The notes under the pieces: model-generated | Told to the model about the DNA's origin: nothing | The model's database searches: none | What the model saw: the letters and a program-made list of their open reading frames with translations, nothing else | DNA from: Limosilactobacillus sp. | GTDB taxonomy: Bacteria; Bacillota; Bacilli; Lactobacillales; Lactobacillaceae | Length of the DNA: 64,000 nt | Assembly (NCBI RefSeq): GCF_022651205.1 | Contig: NZ_JALCQI010000003.1 | Coordinates: forward strand, 19,693-83,692 | Direction: 5' to 3' | In this document: one piece after another, positions 27,719 through 38,447 of the stretch | How positions within the stretch are numbered: position 1 is the first letter of the stretch | How the letters are laid out: each line of letters begins with the position of its first letter | Position numbers and translations under genes: made by a program

Positions 27719-27801
27719 GCGGATGTGGCGGAATTGGCAGACGCGCAAGATTTAGGATCTTGTATCTTTTAGATGTAAGGGTTCAAGTCCCTTCATCCGC
27801 A
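27719..27801 (+). tRNA. tRNA-Leu(TAG)
   Basis: GCGGATG/CATCCGC, CAAGA-TT-TAG-GA-TCTTG, variable arm, GTTCAAG. Confidence 0.95.
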
Positions 27802-27833
27802 TTTGGAATAATCAGTTTATTTCAAAAAACATA

Positions 27834-27863
27834 TTGACATCGGTCTGTGACACGTGATATATT
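27834..27863 (+). promoter_or_regulatory. Internal sigma-A promoter P2 of the tRNA cluster
   Basis: TTGACA-18-TATATT with extended TG. Confidence 0.7.
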
Positions 27864-27886
27864 AAATATCGTTGCAGAGCATTTAT

Positions 27887-27958
27887 GCGGAAGTAGTTCA
27901 GTGGTAGAACATCACCTTGCCATGGTGGGGGTCGCGGGTTCGAATCCCGTCTTCCGCT
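27887..27958 (+). tRNA. tRNA-Gly(GCC)
   Basis: GCGGAAG/CTTCCGC, TCACC-TT-GCC-AT-GGTGG, GTTCGAA. Confidence 0.96.
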
Positions 27959-27964
27959 CTTTAT

Positions 27965-28038
27965 GCACCCATAGCGCAATTGGATAGAGTGTCTGACTAC
28001 GAATCAGAAGGTTGAAGGTTCGACTCCTTCTGGGTGCA
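27965..28038 (+). tRNA. tRNA-Arg(ACG)
   Basis: GCACCCA/TGGGTGC, TCTGA-CT-ACG-AA-TCAGA, GTTCGAC. Confidence 0.96.
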
Positions 28039-28043
28039 CTACT

Positions 28044-28087
28044 AAAAAGCGTGGCACACTGAGAAGTGTTGCTACGCTTTTCTTTTT
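28044..28087 (+). terminator. Terminator-like hairpin between tRNA-Arg and tRNA-Pro
   Basis: aaaagcgtggcacact-gaga-agtgttgctacgctttt-cttttt. Confidence 0.65.
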
Positions 28088-28161
28088 CGGAATTTAGCTC
28101 AGCTTGGTAGAGCGCTGCGTTCGGGACGCAGAGGTCGCAAGTTCAAATCTTGTAATTCCGA
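28088..28161 (+). tRNA. tRNA-Pro(CGG)
   Basis: CGGAATT/AATTCCG, CTGCG-TT-CGG-GA-CGCAG, GTTCAAA. Confidence 0.94.
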
Positions 28162-28174
28162 TTATTATACAGTT

Positions 28175-28226
28175 AGGACTGTTATTCAGTGATGATGAAT
28201 CATTGGAGTGATGGTCCTTTTGTTTT
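28175..28226 (+). terminator. Terminator after the tRNA cluster
   Basis: aggactgttatt...agtgatggtcct-tttgtttt. Confidence 0.62.
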
Positions 28227-28270
28227 GGCTTTGTTCGCTCTCGTGATTATAATTCAATGTTTGGGAACGG

Positions 28271-29314
28271 TTGATGATGAATAAGAGATTATGTCTATTA
28301 TTAATTTTAGTTGTTACCTTTTTGGCTGCTATTTTTTATTTTCCGAAGAGGGCTGATGCTAAGGCAGTTGACAGGAAGACACAGACAGAACTAAAAAACT
28401 ATCTTCGGAATAATCAGATTAATGGAATTATTTTGGTAAATGGCAAGGGAAGTAGGCCTTTAGTTTTACAAAATAGTGTAACGACTAAAAGGGAACAGGT
28501 AGTAAAACCTACTCGTCTATTTCCAATTGGTTCGTTGCAAAAGTTAATAACTGGGGTAGCAATATACCACCTTGTTAAGAGAAATGATTTAGATTGGAAT
28601 ACGCCACTTAGTAAATACTATCCACAAATTAATGGAAGCAATCAGATAACAATTCAACAATTAATGACCCATACTAGTGGCCTTCAAAATGATGGTACGT
28701 TGCCGAAGAAAATTCTTCGAAAAGAACGTGACCAAGAGAAGTTTTTCTTGGATCACTTTACGGTAACTAATAATCATGACTGGAATTATCAAGATATAGA
28801 TTTTGAAATGCTGGCAGCTATGATTAGGAGGCAAACTCATAGCAGCTATTACCACTATGTAAGGAATAATATTTTTCGGCCGCTTAAGCTTCACCAATTA
28901 CGCATAATTTACCAGGTAAAACGTAGTCAGGTTGTTAGTACAATGCAACCAGGAGTTACATGGCAAATGCTAACGCAAACTGCTTCTGCCGAAATGGGCG
29001 CTGGCGACTTGCTTATTTCACCATTAGATTATTGGGATTTTATTTATAAAGAAGTTTTAGGAAACCAAAAGCTTATGCAAAACTTCGCAAGTCAACCGAC
29101 AAGTCAGCGAGAAGCTTATTTTGGCGGTGTTTATTTCCAGGGGGATGTTATTCACGCTAATGGAAATGAACCTGGTTACAATAGCTGCCTGTTTGCTGAT
29201 TACCGGAACAAGAGAGTATTGTTGTTCTTTGCCAATAATATTGATTATCATACTCTTCGTCGGGTTGGGGAAGAACTTTATGAAATTTATTATGGCGGTC
29301 AACTTCAATATTAG
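28271..29314 (+). CDS. Exported serine hydrolase (class C beta-lactamase/PBP-like fold)
   Basis: Signal/TM segment, FPIGSLQK (SxxK), LMTHTSGL, WNYQD (YxN-like), HANG. Confidence 0.85.
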   Translation: MMMNKRLCLLLILVVTFLAAIFYFPKRADAKAVDRKTQTELKNYLRNNQINGIILVNGKGSRPLVLQNSVTTKREQVVKPTRLFPIGSLQKLITGVAIYHLVKRNDLDWNTPLSKYYPQINGSNQITIQQLMTHTSGLQNDGTLPKKILRKERDQEKFFLDHFTVTNNHDWNYQDIDFEMLAAMIRRQTHSSYYHYVRNNIFRPLKLHQLRIIYQVKRSQVVSTMQPGVTWQMLTQTASAEMGAGDLLISPLDYWDFIYKEVLGNQKLMQNFASQPTSQREAYFGGVYFQGDVIHANGNEPGYNSCLFADYRNKRVLLFFANNIDYHTLRRVGEELYEIYYGGQLQY

Positions 29315-29326
29315 TATTTAACTGTC

Positions 29327-29490
29327 TTGATAATTAAATCACAATTGGTACTAACTAGGGATTGTAACATTCAGTAAATTAGCCTTTTAGTAATGGATTA
29401 TTGGTCTACTTCATTGCTGTTTATTTATTCACAAAAGCGCTTTAAAAAATAATAAAAATTTGTTATTATAGTTTGTGTAATAAATAACAA
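29327..29490 (+). promoter_or_regulatory. Three Rex-like boxes and a cre-like site upstream of adhP
   Basis: TTGATAATTAAATCACAA (29327-29344), CTGTTTATTTATTCACAA (29417-29434), TTGTGTAATAAATAACAA (29473-29490) versus TTGTGAA-N4-TTCACAA; AAAGCGCTTT at 29434. Confidence 0.6.
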
Positions 29491-29511
29491 GTTCAAAGGA
29501 GATTTTAGATT

Positions 29512-30534
29512 ATGAAAGCTGCTGTTATTAACGATCCAGTAGATGGCTTTGTTACTGTTAAGGATGTTAAACTTCGTGATCTTAAGCCAGGTGAAGCTTT
29601 AGTTGACATGGAATACTGTGGACTTTGTCACACTGACTTACACGTTGCTGCTGGGGACTTTGGTAAGAAGCCAGGTCGGATTATCGGTCACGAAGGTGTT
29701 GGTCGTGTATCTAAAGTTGCTCCTGGTGTTACTTCCTTAAAGGTTGGGGACCGTGTATCAATTGCTTGGTTCTTCAAGGGCTGTGGTCACTGTGAATACT
29801 GCTTGACCGGTCGTGAAACACTTTGCCGTAACGTATTAAACGCTGGTTACACTGCTGATGGTGCTATGGCACAACAATGTATCGTTCCAGCCGACTACGC
29901 TGTTAAGGTTCCAGAAGGTCTTGACCCAGTTGAAGCTACTTCATTAACTTGTGCCGGTGTTACTATGTACAAGGCTTTGAAGGTTGCTGACATTAAGCCA
30001 GGTCAATGGGTATCAATTGTTGGTGCTGGTGGTCTTGGTAACTTGGGTATTCAATTTGCTCACAATGTATTTGGTGCTCACGTTATTGCCGTTGATGGTA
30101 ATCCAGATAAGCTTGAAGCTGCTAAGGAAAACGGTGCTGAAATTGTTATCAATCGTCATGATGGTGATGTTGATAAGCAAATTCAAGAAAAGGTCGGCGG
30201 TGTTCATGCTGCTGTTGTAACTGCAGTTTCAGCTTCAGCATTTGACCAAGCTGTTGATTCCCTTCGTCCAGATGGTAAGTTAGTTGCTGTTGCCCTTCCA
30301 CAAGGTGACATGAAGCTTAACATTGCTAAGACTGTTCTTGATGGAATCATCGTTGCTGGTTCATTAGTTGGTACTCGTCAAGACTTAGCTGAATGTTTCC
30401 AATTTGGTGCTGAAGGTAAGGTTCAACCAATTGTTAATACTCGGAAGCTAAGTGAAATCAACAACATGATCCAAGAATTGAAGGATAACAAGGTTGTTGG
30501 ACGGAACGTTGTTGACTTCAGCTTAGAAGATTAA
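29512..30534 (+). CDS. adhP: Zn-dependent alcohol dehydrogenase
   Basis: [45 protein letters not shown]. Confidence 0.95.
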   Translation: MKAAVINDPVDGFVTVKDVKLRDLKPGEALVDMEYCGLCHTDLHVAAGDFGKKPGRIIGHEGVGRVSKVAPGVTSLKVGDRVSIAWFFKGCGHCEYCLTGRETLCRNVLNAGYTADGAMAQQCIVPADYAVKVPEGLDPVEATSLTCAGVTMYKALKVADIKPGQWVSIVGAGGLGNLGIQFAHNVFGAHVIAVDGNPDKLEAAKENGAEIVINRHDGDVDKQIQEKVGGVHAAVVTAVSASAFDQAVDSLRPDGKLVAVALPQGDMKLNIAKTVLDGIIVAGSLVGTRQDLAECFQFGAEGKVQPIVNTRKLSEINNMIQELKDNKVVGRNVVDFSLED

Positions 30535-30558
30535 TCTAAAATATCCTATTTTGAAATT

Positions 30559-30589
30559 TAGAGGTTGGAATTTATTCTAGCCTCTTTTT
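30559..30589 (+). terminator. Intrinsic terminator after adhP
   Basis: agaggttggaa-ttta-ttctagcctct-ttttg. Confidence 0.75.
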
Positions 30590-30679
30590 GTGTTTTTGGA
30601 CTAAAAGAGGGCAAAGACACTTACTTACTTTTTATTAAGACAGAATTCTGGTTCCTAATTTAATATTGTGGTAAAATTT

Positions 30680-30696
30680 GGTCAAGATTAGTCAAG
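30680..30696 (+). promoter_or_regulatory. CtsR operator
   Basis: GGTCAAG-ATT-AGTCAAG heptad direct repeat just after the extended -10 TGgTAAAAT, upstream of ctsR. Confidence 0.82.
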
Positions 30697-30717
30697 AATA
30701 ATTTGGAGGTGATGTAA

Positions 30718-31185
30718 TTGGAAGAAAAGAGTATTTCAGATATTATTGAGGAATATTTAAAACAAATTCTCGGTGAATCATCTCAGATCGAAATTCGTCG
30801 CTCAGAGATAGCCAACCATTTTGATGTTGTCCCGTCACAGATTAATTACGTGATTAAGACCCGCTTTACTATTCAGCATGGTTACTTAGTGCAAAGCAAG
30901 CGTGGTGGTGGTGGCTATATTCGGATTGAGCGGGTTAATTTACTTGACAATGTTGATGTGTTAAACTCGTTGATCCAAGTAATTGGTGACTCGATCCGTG
31001 AGCGCGATGCTTACGATATTGTTCGAACACTATATGATGAAAAAGTAGTGACGAGGCGCGAAGGTGATTTGATGCTCGTCGCCTTGTCAAAGCAGACATT
31101 AAATGTGAATGATTGTAATGTTGAAGCTCAGCTAAGAGCAAGAATTTTAATTTCAATGCTAAATCGTTTACGGTATGAGAGCTAG
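30718..31185 (+). CDS. ctsR: Class III heat-shock repressor CtsR
   Basis: ISDIIEEYLK, VVPSQINYVIKTRF, SKRGGGGYIRI. Confidence 0.96.
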   Translation: MEEKSISDIIEEYLKQILGESSQIEIRRSEIANHFDVVPSQINYVIKTRFTIQHGYLVQSKRGGGGYIRIERVNLLDNVDVLNSLIQVIGDSIRERDAYDIVRTLYDEKVVTRREGDLMLVALSKQTLNVNDCNVEAQLRARILISMLNRLRYES

Positions 31186-31198
31186 GGGGAAGCAGTTA

Positions 31199-33676
31199 AT
31201 GGATAATATGTTTACACCAAGCGCTAAGCATGTCTTGGCACTCGCCCATGAACAAGCAAAGTACTTTAAGCACCAAGCCGTGGGAACTGAACATATATTA
31301 CTTGCACTGGCAATTGAAAAGGAAGGGATTGCTAGTAAAATCTTCGACCAATTTTCAATCACTAGTGACGATATTCAAGAAGAAATTGAACGGATGATTG
31401 GCTATGGCACGATGGATGACATGGGGCCAGCAGATTATCTTCCATATTCACCAAAGGCTCGACAAGTTTTGGCACTTGCTGGTCAAGAAGCACAACAATT
31501 AAATGCCCTAAAGATTGGTACTGAGCACTTGTTGTTGGCATTGATTTCGGATGAAGGAATTCTTTCTTCGCGGATCTTAATGAGTCTTGATGTGCTACCA
31601 AGACAGATTCGTAAAGTAACTTTACGTCGTTTGGGAGTTTCTGATAACCCTGCTCGCCAACGTTTCAGAACACAACAGGGCCAACGGGGACGCTCTGCAG
31701 GAACACCAACTCTGGATAAGCTTGCTCGGGATATGACCCAAATGGCAAGGGACTCTAAGTTGGATCCCGTTATTGGCCGTGATAAGGAGCTCCGTCGGGT
31801 AGAACAGATTCTTAGTCGACGGACAAAGAATAATCCAGTTTTAATTGGTGAACCTGGAGTAGGGAAAACCGCAATTGCGGAAGAGCTAGCTCGCCGGATT
31901 GCCAATAATGAGGTTCCTGAAGATTTAGCCCAGAAACGATTAATGATGCTTGATATGGGTTCTCTAGTAGCCGGAACTAAGTATCGTGGTGAATTTGAAG
32001 ACCGACTAAAAAAAGTTATTGATGAAATTCAAAAAGATGGTCACGTAATTCTATTCATTGATGAATTGCATACTTTGATTGGTGCGGGTGGTGCTGAGGG
32101 AGCAATTGATGCTTCTAATATTTTGAAGCCAGCCCTTGCTCGTGGTGATCTGCAAACGATTGGGGCAACGACTCTTGATGAATACCAAAAGTATATTGAA
32201 TCAGATGCCGCTTTGGAGCGTCGTTTTGCTACCGTTCAAGTAGAAGAACCATCTAAAAATACAGCTCTCCAAATATTGAAAGGGTTGCGACCAAAGTATG
32301 AAGAACACCATCATGTCAAGATTGATGACGATGCATTAGCACAAGCCGTAAAGTTGTCTAGCCGCTACATTACAGATCGCTATTTACCGGATAAGGCAAT
32401 TGATCTGATTGATGAGGCATCCTCAATGGTTCGGATTGATGCTGAAGAACAAAATAATCATCAGCCGTCGTTGACTTCAAAGCTAGCAGAGCTTCGTCAA
32501 AAGAAAGAAGCCGCAATTGAGAACCAAAACTTTGATCAGGCGGCAGAACTTCGTCAAGAAGAACTAACGCTAAAAGCAAAGGTTGAAGAGCAGCAAAAGA
32601 AAGCCCAAAAGCAATCGGAAAAGTACGAATTGCATACTACCGGAGAGGACATTGCTAAGATCGTGGCTGAATGGACCGGAGTTCCGCTGACACAGTTGAA
32701 GAAGAGCGAAAGTGAACGGCTGGTTAATTTAGAGAAGGTCCTTCATAGCCGGGTTATCGGTCAAGATGAAGCTGTTTCAGTTGTTGCTAAGGCAATTCGT
32801 CGAGCAAGGAGCGGCTTAAAAGATCCACAACGACCAATTGGTTCATTTATGTTCCTTGGACCAACTGGTGTGGGGAAAACCGAACTAGCAAAGGCACTGG
32901 CAGCTGCGATATTTGGCTCGGAAGATAACATGATCCGAATTGATATGTCCGAATATATGGAAAAATACAGTACCAGTAGGTTAATTGGTGCTGCTCCAGG
33001 ATATGTTGGTTATGATGAAGGAGGGCAACTGACCGAAAAAGTTCGCCAGCACCCTTATTCAGTAGTACTGTTGGATGAAGCAGAAAAGGCTCATCCTGAT
33101 GTTTTCAACCTTTTACTCCAAGTCCTTGATGATGGTTACTTAACGGATGCTAAGGGTCGAAAAGTTGATTTCCGTAACACCATTATTATTATGACTTCTA
33201 ACCTTGGTGCCACTCAGCTTCAGGATGAAAAGGAAGTTGGATTTGGTGCACGTGATGTTAGTCAAGACTATCAAGCGATGGCATCGGCAATCCGACAACA
33301 ATTAAAGTTGCATTTCCGTCCCGAATTCCTCAACCGGATTGATGAGACAGTAATCTTCCATTCCTTACAAAAGAATGAGCTTCATCAAATAGTTAAGTTA
33401 ATGGTTGCACAATTGAAGGCACGGATCGCTGAGCAAGGGATCGACTTGAAAGTTACCCCAGCGGCAATCGATCTTGTAGCAACCAAGGGTTATAATCCAG
33501 CATATGGTGCACGGCCACTTCGGCGCGCTATCCAAGATTTGATTGAGGATCCATTAAGTACAGCATTACTTAGTGGCGACGTTAAAACTGGTGATAACGT
33601 TGTTGTTGGTGCTCACCAGGGTAAGATTACACTCAAGGTAAAAGACGCCCACCAAACGCGAATGGTTAAAAATTAA
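31199..33676 (+). CDS. clpC: ATP-dependent Clp protease ATPase subunit ClpC
   Basis: Two Clp-N repeats (GTEH), [11 protein letters not shown]-like linker, [17 protein letters not shown]; ATG 31199 after GGGGA. Confidence 0.96.
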   Translation: MDNMFTPSAKHVLALAHEQAKYFKHQAVGTEHILLALAIEKEGIASKIFDQFSITSDDIQEEIERMIGYGTMDDMGPADYLPYSPKARQVLALAGQEAQQLNALKIGTEHLLLALISDEGILSSRILMSLDVLPRQIRKVTLRRLGVSDNPARQRFRTQQGQRGRSAGTPTLDKLARDMTQMARDSKLDPVIGRDKELRRVEQILSRRTKNNPVLIGEPGVGKTAIAEELARRIANNEVPEDLAQKRLMMLDMGSLVAGTKYRGEFEDRLKKVIDEIQKDGHVILFIDELHTLIGAGGAEGAIDASNILKPALARGDLQTIGATTLDEYQKYIESDAALERRFATVQVEEPSKNTALQILKGLRPKYEEHHHVKIDDDALAQAVKLSSRYITDRYLPDKAIDLIDEASSMVRIDAEEQNNHQPSLTSKLAELRQKKEAAIENQNFDQAAELRQEELTLKAKVEEQQKKAQKQSEKYELHTTGEDIAKIVAEWTGVPLTQLKKSESERLVNLEKVLHSRVIGQDEAVSVVAKAIRRARSGLKDPQRPIGSFMFLGPTGVGKTELAKALAAAIFGSEDNMIRIDMSEYMEKYSTSRLIGAAPGYVGYDEGGQLTEKVRQHPYSVVLLDEAEKAHPDVFNLLLQVLDDGYLTDAKGRKVDFRNTIIIMTSNLGATQLQDEKEVGFGARDVSQDYQAMASAIRQQLKLHFRPEFLNRIDETVIFHSLQKNELHQIVKLMVAQLKARIAEQGIDLKVTPAAIDLVATKGYNPAYGARPLRRAIQDLIEDPLSTALLSGDVKTGDNVVVGAHQGKITLKVKDAHQTRMVKN

Positions 33677-33713
33677 CTGAAGACTGGCTGGATTTTTACT
33701 GAACAAAGATAAA

Positions 33714-33758
33714 GTTCTAACAATCGGTATTTACCGAATGTTAGGGCTTTTTGTTTTT
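33714..33758 (+). terminator. Intrinsic terminator after clpC
   Basis: agttctaaca...tgttagggct-ttttgttttt. Confidence 0.72.
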
Positions 33759-33953
33759 CAATCACTTCGTAAATGATTAAACTATTAAACGCTTCCGTTA
33801 TCATCTGTTCAATTTGACTTGATAAAAATAAAAGTATTATTTTATCTATAAACACAAAATAATTGGGTAATTTCGCCAAGATGCTTGTCAAATCAAAGTT
33901 TTGGTGGCATTATATATTTATAATGTGATTAATATGTTAGGAGAGAATAAAGT

Positions 33954-34547
33954 ATGAAGAGAGCTGAACAGCTTGAGAGAACACGACAGTCAATTATGAG
34001 GACAGCGACTAAGCTCTTCTTGCAAAAAGGCTTCGGTGAAACCTCTACTCGTGATATTGCTAAACAAGTTGGAATTACCCAGCCAGCTCTTTACCACCAC
34101 TTTAGTGATAAGGAAGTCCTTTATCTTGATGTGATGACCAGTTTGAGCAGTAAGGTCCGGAAAGATATTAATAAGGTAATGAGGAAGCATAAGCTAACAC
34201 CTAATGAGCAGTTGTGGCAAATTACTGTTGTACTCAAGAAACACCATCCGGTAAGTGTTTATGATCAGTATCACCAGGCAATTAGTTTACTTTCAAAGAG
34301 TTCTCAACAAAAGCTAAACATGATTTTAGCAATGAACTATCTACAACCAATTGCTGAATACTTTAAGCAACCGGAAGTGGAATTGCGACCGGATATCTTG
34401 CCACAAGAAGCGGCTGAATTATTCTTGGCGGAAATCTCACCAATCTTTGGAACTTACCAACCAATTGGTGGTCATAATATAAGCAGCGATCAACGAGACC
34501 AGCTGATCCTAGATTGCATTATTAGTGGTCTTTCAAAAACAAAATAA
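33954..34547 (+). CDS. TetR/AcrR-family transcriptional regulator
   Basis: ATKLFLQKGFGETSTRDIAKQVGITQPALYHHFSDKE. Confidence 0.92.
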   Translation: MKRAEQLERTRQSIMRTATKLFLQKGFGETSTRDIAKQVGITQPALYHHFSDKEVLYLDVMTSLSSKVRKDINKVMRKHKLTPNEQLWQITVVLKKHHPVSVYDQYHQAISLLSKSSQQKLNMILAMNYLQPIAEYFKQPEVELRPDILPQEAAELFLAEISPIFGTYQPIGGHNISSDQRDQLILDCIISGLSKTK

Positions 34548-34563
34548 TCATTTGAACACTTTG

Positions 34564-34700
34564 TTGACAATGGAAGAATACTACTGTATACTAATAAAGT
34601 ATGTAATTGTGAGTTCTCATATGGGCTTGGTGATCTATTGTCCATCAGGTTCAGTAAATAAAACCAAAGGCAGTGTATAGCTGTTTTTGGATTTTTTTTG
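34564..34700 (+). promoter_or_regulatory. rpoB promoter and structured leader (candidate Lacto-rpoB motif) with attenuator-like hairpin
   Basis: TTGACA-17-TATACT; hairpin gggcttggtg/catcaggttc (34623-34652); ccaaaggcag/ctgtttttgg followed by a T8 run. Confidence 0.65.
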
Positions 34701-34770
34701 CTCAAAATTACTATTTTGGCTAATTTGTAATCAAAATGTAATATTTGAACTCACTGAATAAATTAGAGAG

Positions 34771-37700
34771 GTGAACAGTTTGGCCGGACATTTAGTTAAA
34801 TACGGTAAGCACCGTACCCGTCGTAGCTACTCCCGAATTAAAGAAGTTCTTGAGTTGCCAAACCTGATTGAAATCCAAACGGACTCATATAACTGGTTCA
34901 TGGATAAAGGTTTACGGGAAATGTTTGATGATATTATGCCAATTGATGATTTCCAAGGGAAGTTATCATTGGAGTTCGTTGACTATCAACTTTTGGAACC
35001 TAAGTATACTGTTGATGAAGCTCGTGAACATGATGCAAATTATTCCGCACCACTTCACGTCACTTTGCGTCTTACTAACCACGAAACTGGGGAGATTAAG
35101 TCGCAGGATGTTTTCTTTGGTGAATTCCCATTAATGACGGATCAAGGAACCTTCATTATTAATGGTGCTGAACGGGTTATTGTTTCTCAATTAGTTCGGT
35201 CACCAGGTGTTTACTATAGTGAAGAAGCCGGCAAGAATGGTCGACCAAGTTACAGTGCTACCTTTATTCCTAACCGTGGTGCTTGGCTTGAATATGAAAC
35301 AGACGCTAAGAACATTTCTTACGTTCGGATTGACCGTACGCGGAAGTTACCAATGACTGAATTGATCCGTGCCCTTGGCTTTGGTTCAGATGATGAAATC
35401 ATTGATATGTTCGGTGGTAACAGTGAGACCTTATCCCTTACCTTAGATAAGGATGTTCACAAGAACGCTGAAGACTCTCGGGTTGAAGAATCTCTTAAGG
35501 ATATTTACGAACGTCTTCGTCCAGGTGAACCAAAGACCGCTGACTCAGCTCGTAACCTATTAACTGCACGGTTCTTTGATCCAAAACGTTACGACATGGC
35601 TCCTGTCGGTCGATACAAGACTAATAAGAAGTTAATGCTTAAGTACCGTCTTCTTGGTGAAACCTTGGCTGAAACCCTTGCAGATCCTGATACTGGAGAA
35701 GTACTTGCACAAAAGGGCGATAAGGTTACTAAAGAAGTATTGAAGAAGTTGGAACCATACTTAGATCGTGATGACTTTAAGATGATTACCTATACTCCTT
35801 CAGATGAAGCTGTTGTTACCGAACCCGTAAAGCTTCAAAAGGTCCTTGTATATTCTCATGAAGATCCAGAACGGGTTGTTCCAATTATTGGTAATGGCCA
35901 CATTCCATTGGAATATAAGCACATTGAACCAGCTGATATTCTTGCTTCCTTGAACTACTTCTTCAACTTGCAGGAAGGAATCGGCTCAACCGATGATATT
36001 GACCACTTGGGTAATCGGCGGATTCGTTCTGTTGGTGAATTGTTGCAAAACCAATTCCGGATTGGTTTAGCCCGAATGGAACGGGTTGTTCGTGAACGGA
36101 TGTCAATTCAAGATCCTGATACCGTTACTCCACAACAATTGATCAATATTCGTCCAGTTGTTGCTTCAATTCGTGAATTCTTCGGTTCTTCACAATTATC
36201 ACAGTTCATGGATCAGACTAATCCACTTGGTGAACTGACCCATAAACGGCGTCTTTCTGCCCTTGGTCCTGGTGGTTTGACTCGTGACCGTGCCGGATAT
36301 GAAGTTCGTGATGTGCACTATACCCACTATGGTCGGATGTGCCCAATCGAAACTCCTGAAGGTCCTAACATCGGTTTGATTAACAGCCTTTCATCATACG
36401 CACGTGTTAATAAGTACGGCTTTATTGAAACGCCATACCGTCGTGTTTCCTGGAAGACCCATAAAGTTACTGATAAGATCGACTACCTAACTGCCGATGA
36501 GGAAGATAACTACATCATTGCTCAGGCCAACACGCCATTGAATGATGATGGTTCATTTGTTGATGATCAGGTTATGTGTCGTGATAAGGATGATTACATT
36601 GAAACGAGTGTTGAGAACGTCGACTACATGGACGTTTCTCCTAAACAAGTTGTCTCCGTTGCTTCCGCATGTATCCCATTCCTTGAAAACGATGACTCTA
36701 ACCGTGCCTTAATGGGTGCCAACATGCAGCGGCAAGCCGTTCCATTGTTAAATCCTCATGCACCACTAGTAAGTACTGGAATTGACTACAAAGCGGCTCA
36801 TGACTCTGGGGTGGCCATGATTGCTAAGAAGTCAGGAACAGTTGAGTATGTTGATGCTCGTGAAGTTCGTGTTCGTGAAGAAGACGGTACTTTGGATACT
36901 TACAAGTTAATGAAGTTCCGTCGTTCTAACGGTGGTAAGAACTATAACCAACGGCCAATTGTTAAAGTTGGTGAACACGTTGATGCCGATGATGTTCTTG
37001 CTGATGGTCCATCAATGGAACAAGGTGAATTAGCCTTAGGTCAAAACCCATTGATTGCGTTCATGACTTGGCAAGGTTACAACTTCGAAGATGCCATCGC
37101 AATTAGCGAACGGTTGGTAAAAGATGATGTTTATACATCAATTCACATTGAATCTTACGAATCAGAAGCTCGGGAAACCAAGTTAGGACCCGAAGAAATG
37201 ACCCGTGAAATTCCTAATGTTGGTGACGATGCTCTTAAGGATCTGGACGAAGATGGTATTGTTCGGATCGGTGCTGAAGTTCATGATGGTGACATTTTGG
37301 TAGGTAAGGTTACTCCTAAGGGAATGACAGAATTATCCGCTGAAGAACGGCTACTTCATGCGATCTTCGGTGAAAAGTCACGTGAAGTTCGTGATACTTC
37401 TCTCCGTGTTCCTCACGGTGGTGGCGGTATTATCCAAGACGTTAAGGTCTTTACTCGTGAAAACGGGGATGAACTTTCACCAGGTGTTAACACAATGGTT
37501 CGGGTTTACATTGCTCAAAAGCGGAAGATTCAAGTTGGGGATAAGATGTCAGGTCGTCACGGTAACAAAGGTACTGTTTCGATCGTTGTTCCTGAAGAAG
37601 ATATGCCATACATGCCAGATGGTACCCCAATCGATATTATGTTAAGTCCAATGGGTGTGCCAAGTCGTATGAACATCGGTCAGCTTCTTGAATTGCACTT

Positions 37701-38394
37701 GGGGATGGCCGCAAAGCGTCTTGGTATTCACATGGCAACTCCAGTATTCGATGGGGCTACTGATAAGGATGTTTGGGATGCTGTTAAGGAATCTGGATTC
37801 CCTGAAGATGGGAAGACAATTCTTTACGATGGTCGAACAGGTGAACCATTTGAAAACCGAATTGCGGTTGGTTCAATGCACTATCTTAAGTTAGCCCACA
37901 TGGTTGATGATAAGATTCACGCTCGTTCTACTGGTCCATACTCACTTGTTACTCAACAACCATTGGGTGGTAAAGCTCAATTTGGTGGTCAGCGGTTTGG
38001 TGAAATGGAAGTTTGGGCCCTTGAAGCTTATGGTGCTGCATACACCCTTCAAGAAATCCTTACTTACAAGTCAGATGATACTGTTGGTCGTGTTCGGACA
38101 TATGATGCCATTATTAATGGTGAACCAATTCCTAAGCCTGGTGTTCCTGAATCATTCCGGGTTCTTGTTAAGGAATTGCAAGCATTAGGTCTTGACATGA
38201 AGGTTCTCGATGGTGACCATAACGAAATCCAATTGAAGAACATGGACGAAGACGATGATGAGGTTGTAAATGTTGATGCTTTGGCTAAGTATGCCGCAAA
38301 GCATAACGCTGACGAAAAGAAGAAAGATGAAACTTCTACCGAAGCAAAATCAACAACGACAGCCGCTGGAGAAGACAAGACAAAACAAGACTAA
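34771..38394 (+). CDS. rpoB: RNA polymerase beta subunit
   Basis: [46 protein letters not shown]. Confidence 0.99.
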   Translation: MNSLAGHLVKYGKHRTRRSYSRIKEVLELPNLIEIQTDSYNWFMDKGLREMFDDIMPIDDFQGKLSLEFVDYQLLEPKYTVDEAREHDANYSAPLHVTLRLTNHETGEIKSQDVFFGEFPLMTDQGTFIINGAERVIVSQLVRSPGVYYSEEAGKNGRPSYSATFIPNRGAWLEYETDAKNISYVRIDRTRKLPMTELIRALGFGSDDEIIDMFGGNSETLSLTLDKDVHKNAEDSRVEESLKDIYERLRPGEPKTADSARNLLTARFFDPKRYDMAPVGRYKTNKKLMLKYRLLGETLAETLADPDTGEVLAQKGDKVTKEVLKKLEPYLDRDDFKMITYTPSDEAVVTEPVKLQKVLVYSHEDPERVVPIIGNGHIPLEYKHIEPADILASLNYFFNLQEGIGSTDDIDHLGNRRIRSVGELLQNQFRIGLARMERVVRERMSIQDPDTVTPQQLINIRPVVASIREFFGSSQLSQFMDQTNPLGELTHKRRLSALGPGGLTRDRAGYEVRDVHYTHYGRMCPIETPEGPNIGLINSLSSYARVNKYGFIETPYRRVSWKTHKVTDKIDYLTADEEDNYIIAQANTPLNDDGSFVDDQVMCRDKDDYIETSVENVDYMDVSPKQVVSVASACIPFLENDDSNRALMGANMQRQAVPLLNPHAPLVSTGIDYKAAHDSGVAMIAKKSGTVEYVDAREVRVREEDGTLDTYKLMKFRRSNGGKNYNQRPIVKVGEHVDADDVLADGPSMEQGELALGQNPLIAFMTWQGYNFEDAIAISERLVKDDVYTSIHIESYESEARETKLGPEEMTREIPNVGDDALKDLDEDGIVRIGAEVHDGDILVGKVTPKGMTELSAEERLLHAIFGEKSREVRDTSLRVPHGGGGIIQDVKVFTRENGDELSPGVNTMVRVYIAQKRKIQVGDKMSGRHGNKGTVSIVVPEEDMPYMPDGTPIDIMLSPMGVPSRMNIGQLLELHLGMAAKRLGIHMATPVFDGATDKDVWDAVKESGFPEDGKTILYDGRTGEPFENRIAVGSMHYLKLAHMVDDKIHARSTGPYSLVTQQPLGGKAQFGGQRFGEMEVWALEAYGAAYTLQEILTYKSDDTVGRVRTYDAIINGEPIPKPGVPESFRVLVKELQALGLDMKVLDGDHNEIQLKNMDEDDDEVVNVDALAKYAAKHNADEKKKDETSTEAKSTTTAAGEDKTKQD

Positions 38395-38447
38395 TTAGTT
38401 TTATTTAGCGCTCAACTTAAATTACTAAAATAAGGAGGAAAAATCCT

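Noticed and set aside
27625-27837. 70-aa plus-strand ORF
   Set aside because: Runs through tRNA-Val and tRNA-Leu, so spurious.
28162-29500. Genomic island integrated at tRNA-Pro (or at tRNA-Asp 7558)
   Set aside because: No duplicated tRNA 3' end or integrase found, and the flanks are housekeeping genes.
30718-33676. ctsR-clpC without mcsA/mcsB
   Set aside because: Established arrangement in lactic acid bacteria.
33673-33891. 72-aa minus-strand ORF between clpC and tetR, and the 71-aa ORF at 34490-34705
   Set aside because: They overlap terminator, promoter or leader sequence and have no SD or coding-like features.
36150-36290. Resistance mutations in the rpoB rifampicin region (and the rpsL lysine sites)
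   Set aside because: [32 protein letters not shown] and RVKDL look wild type.
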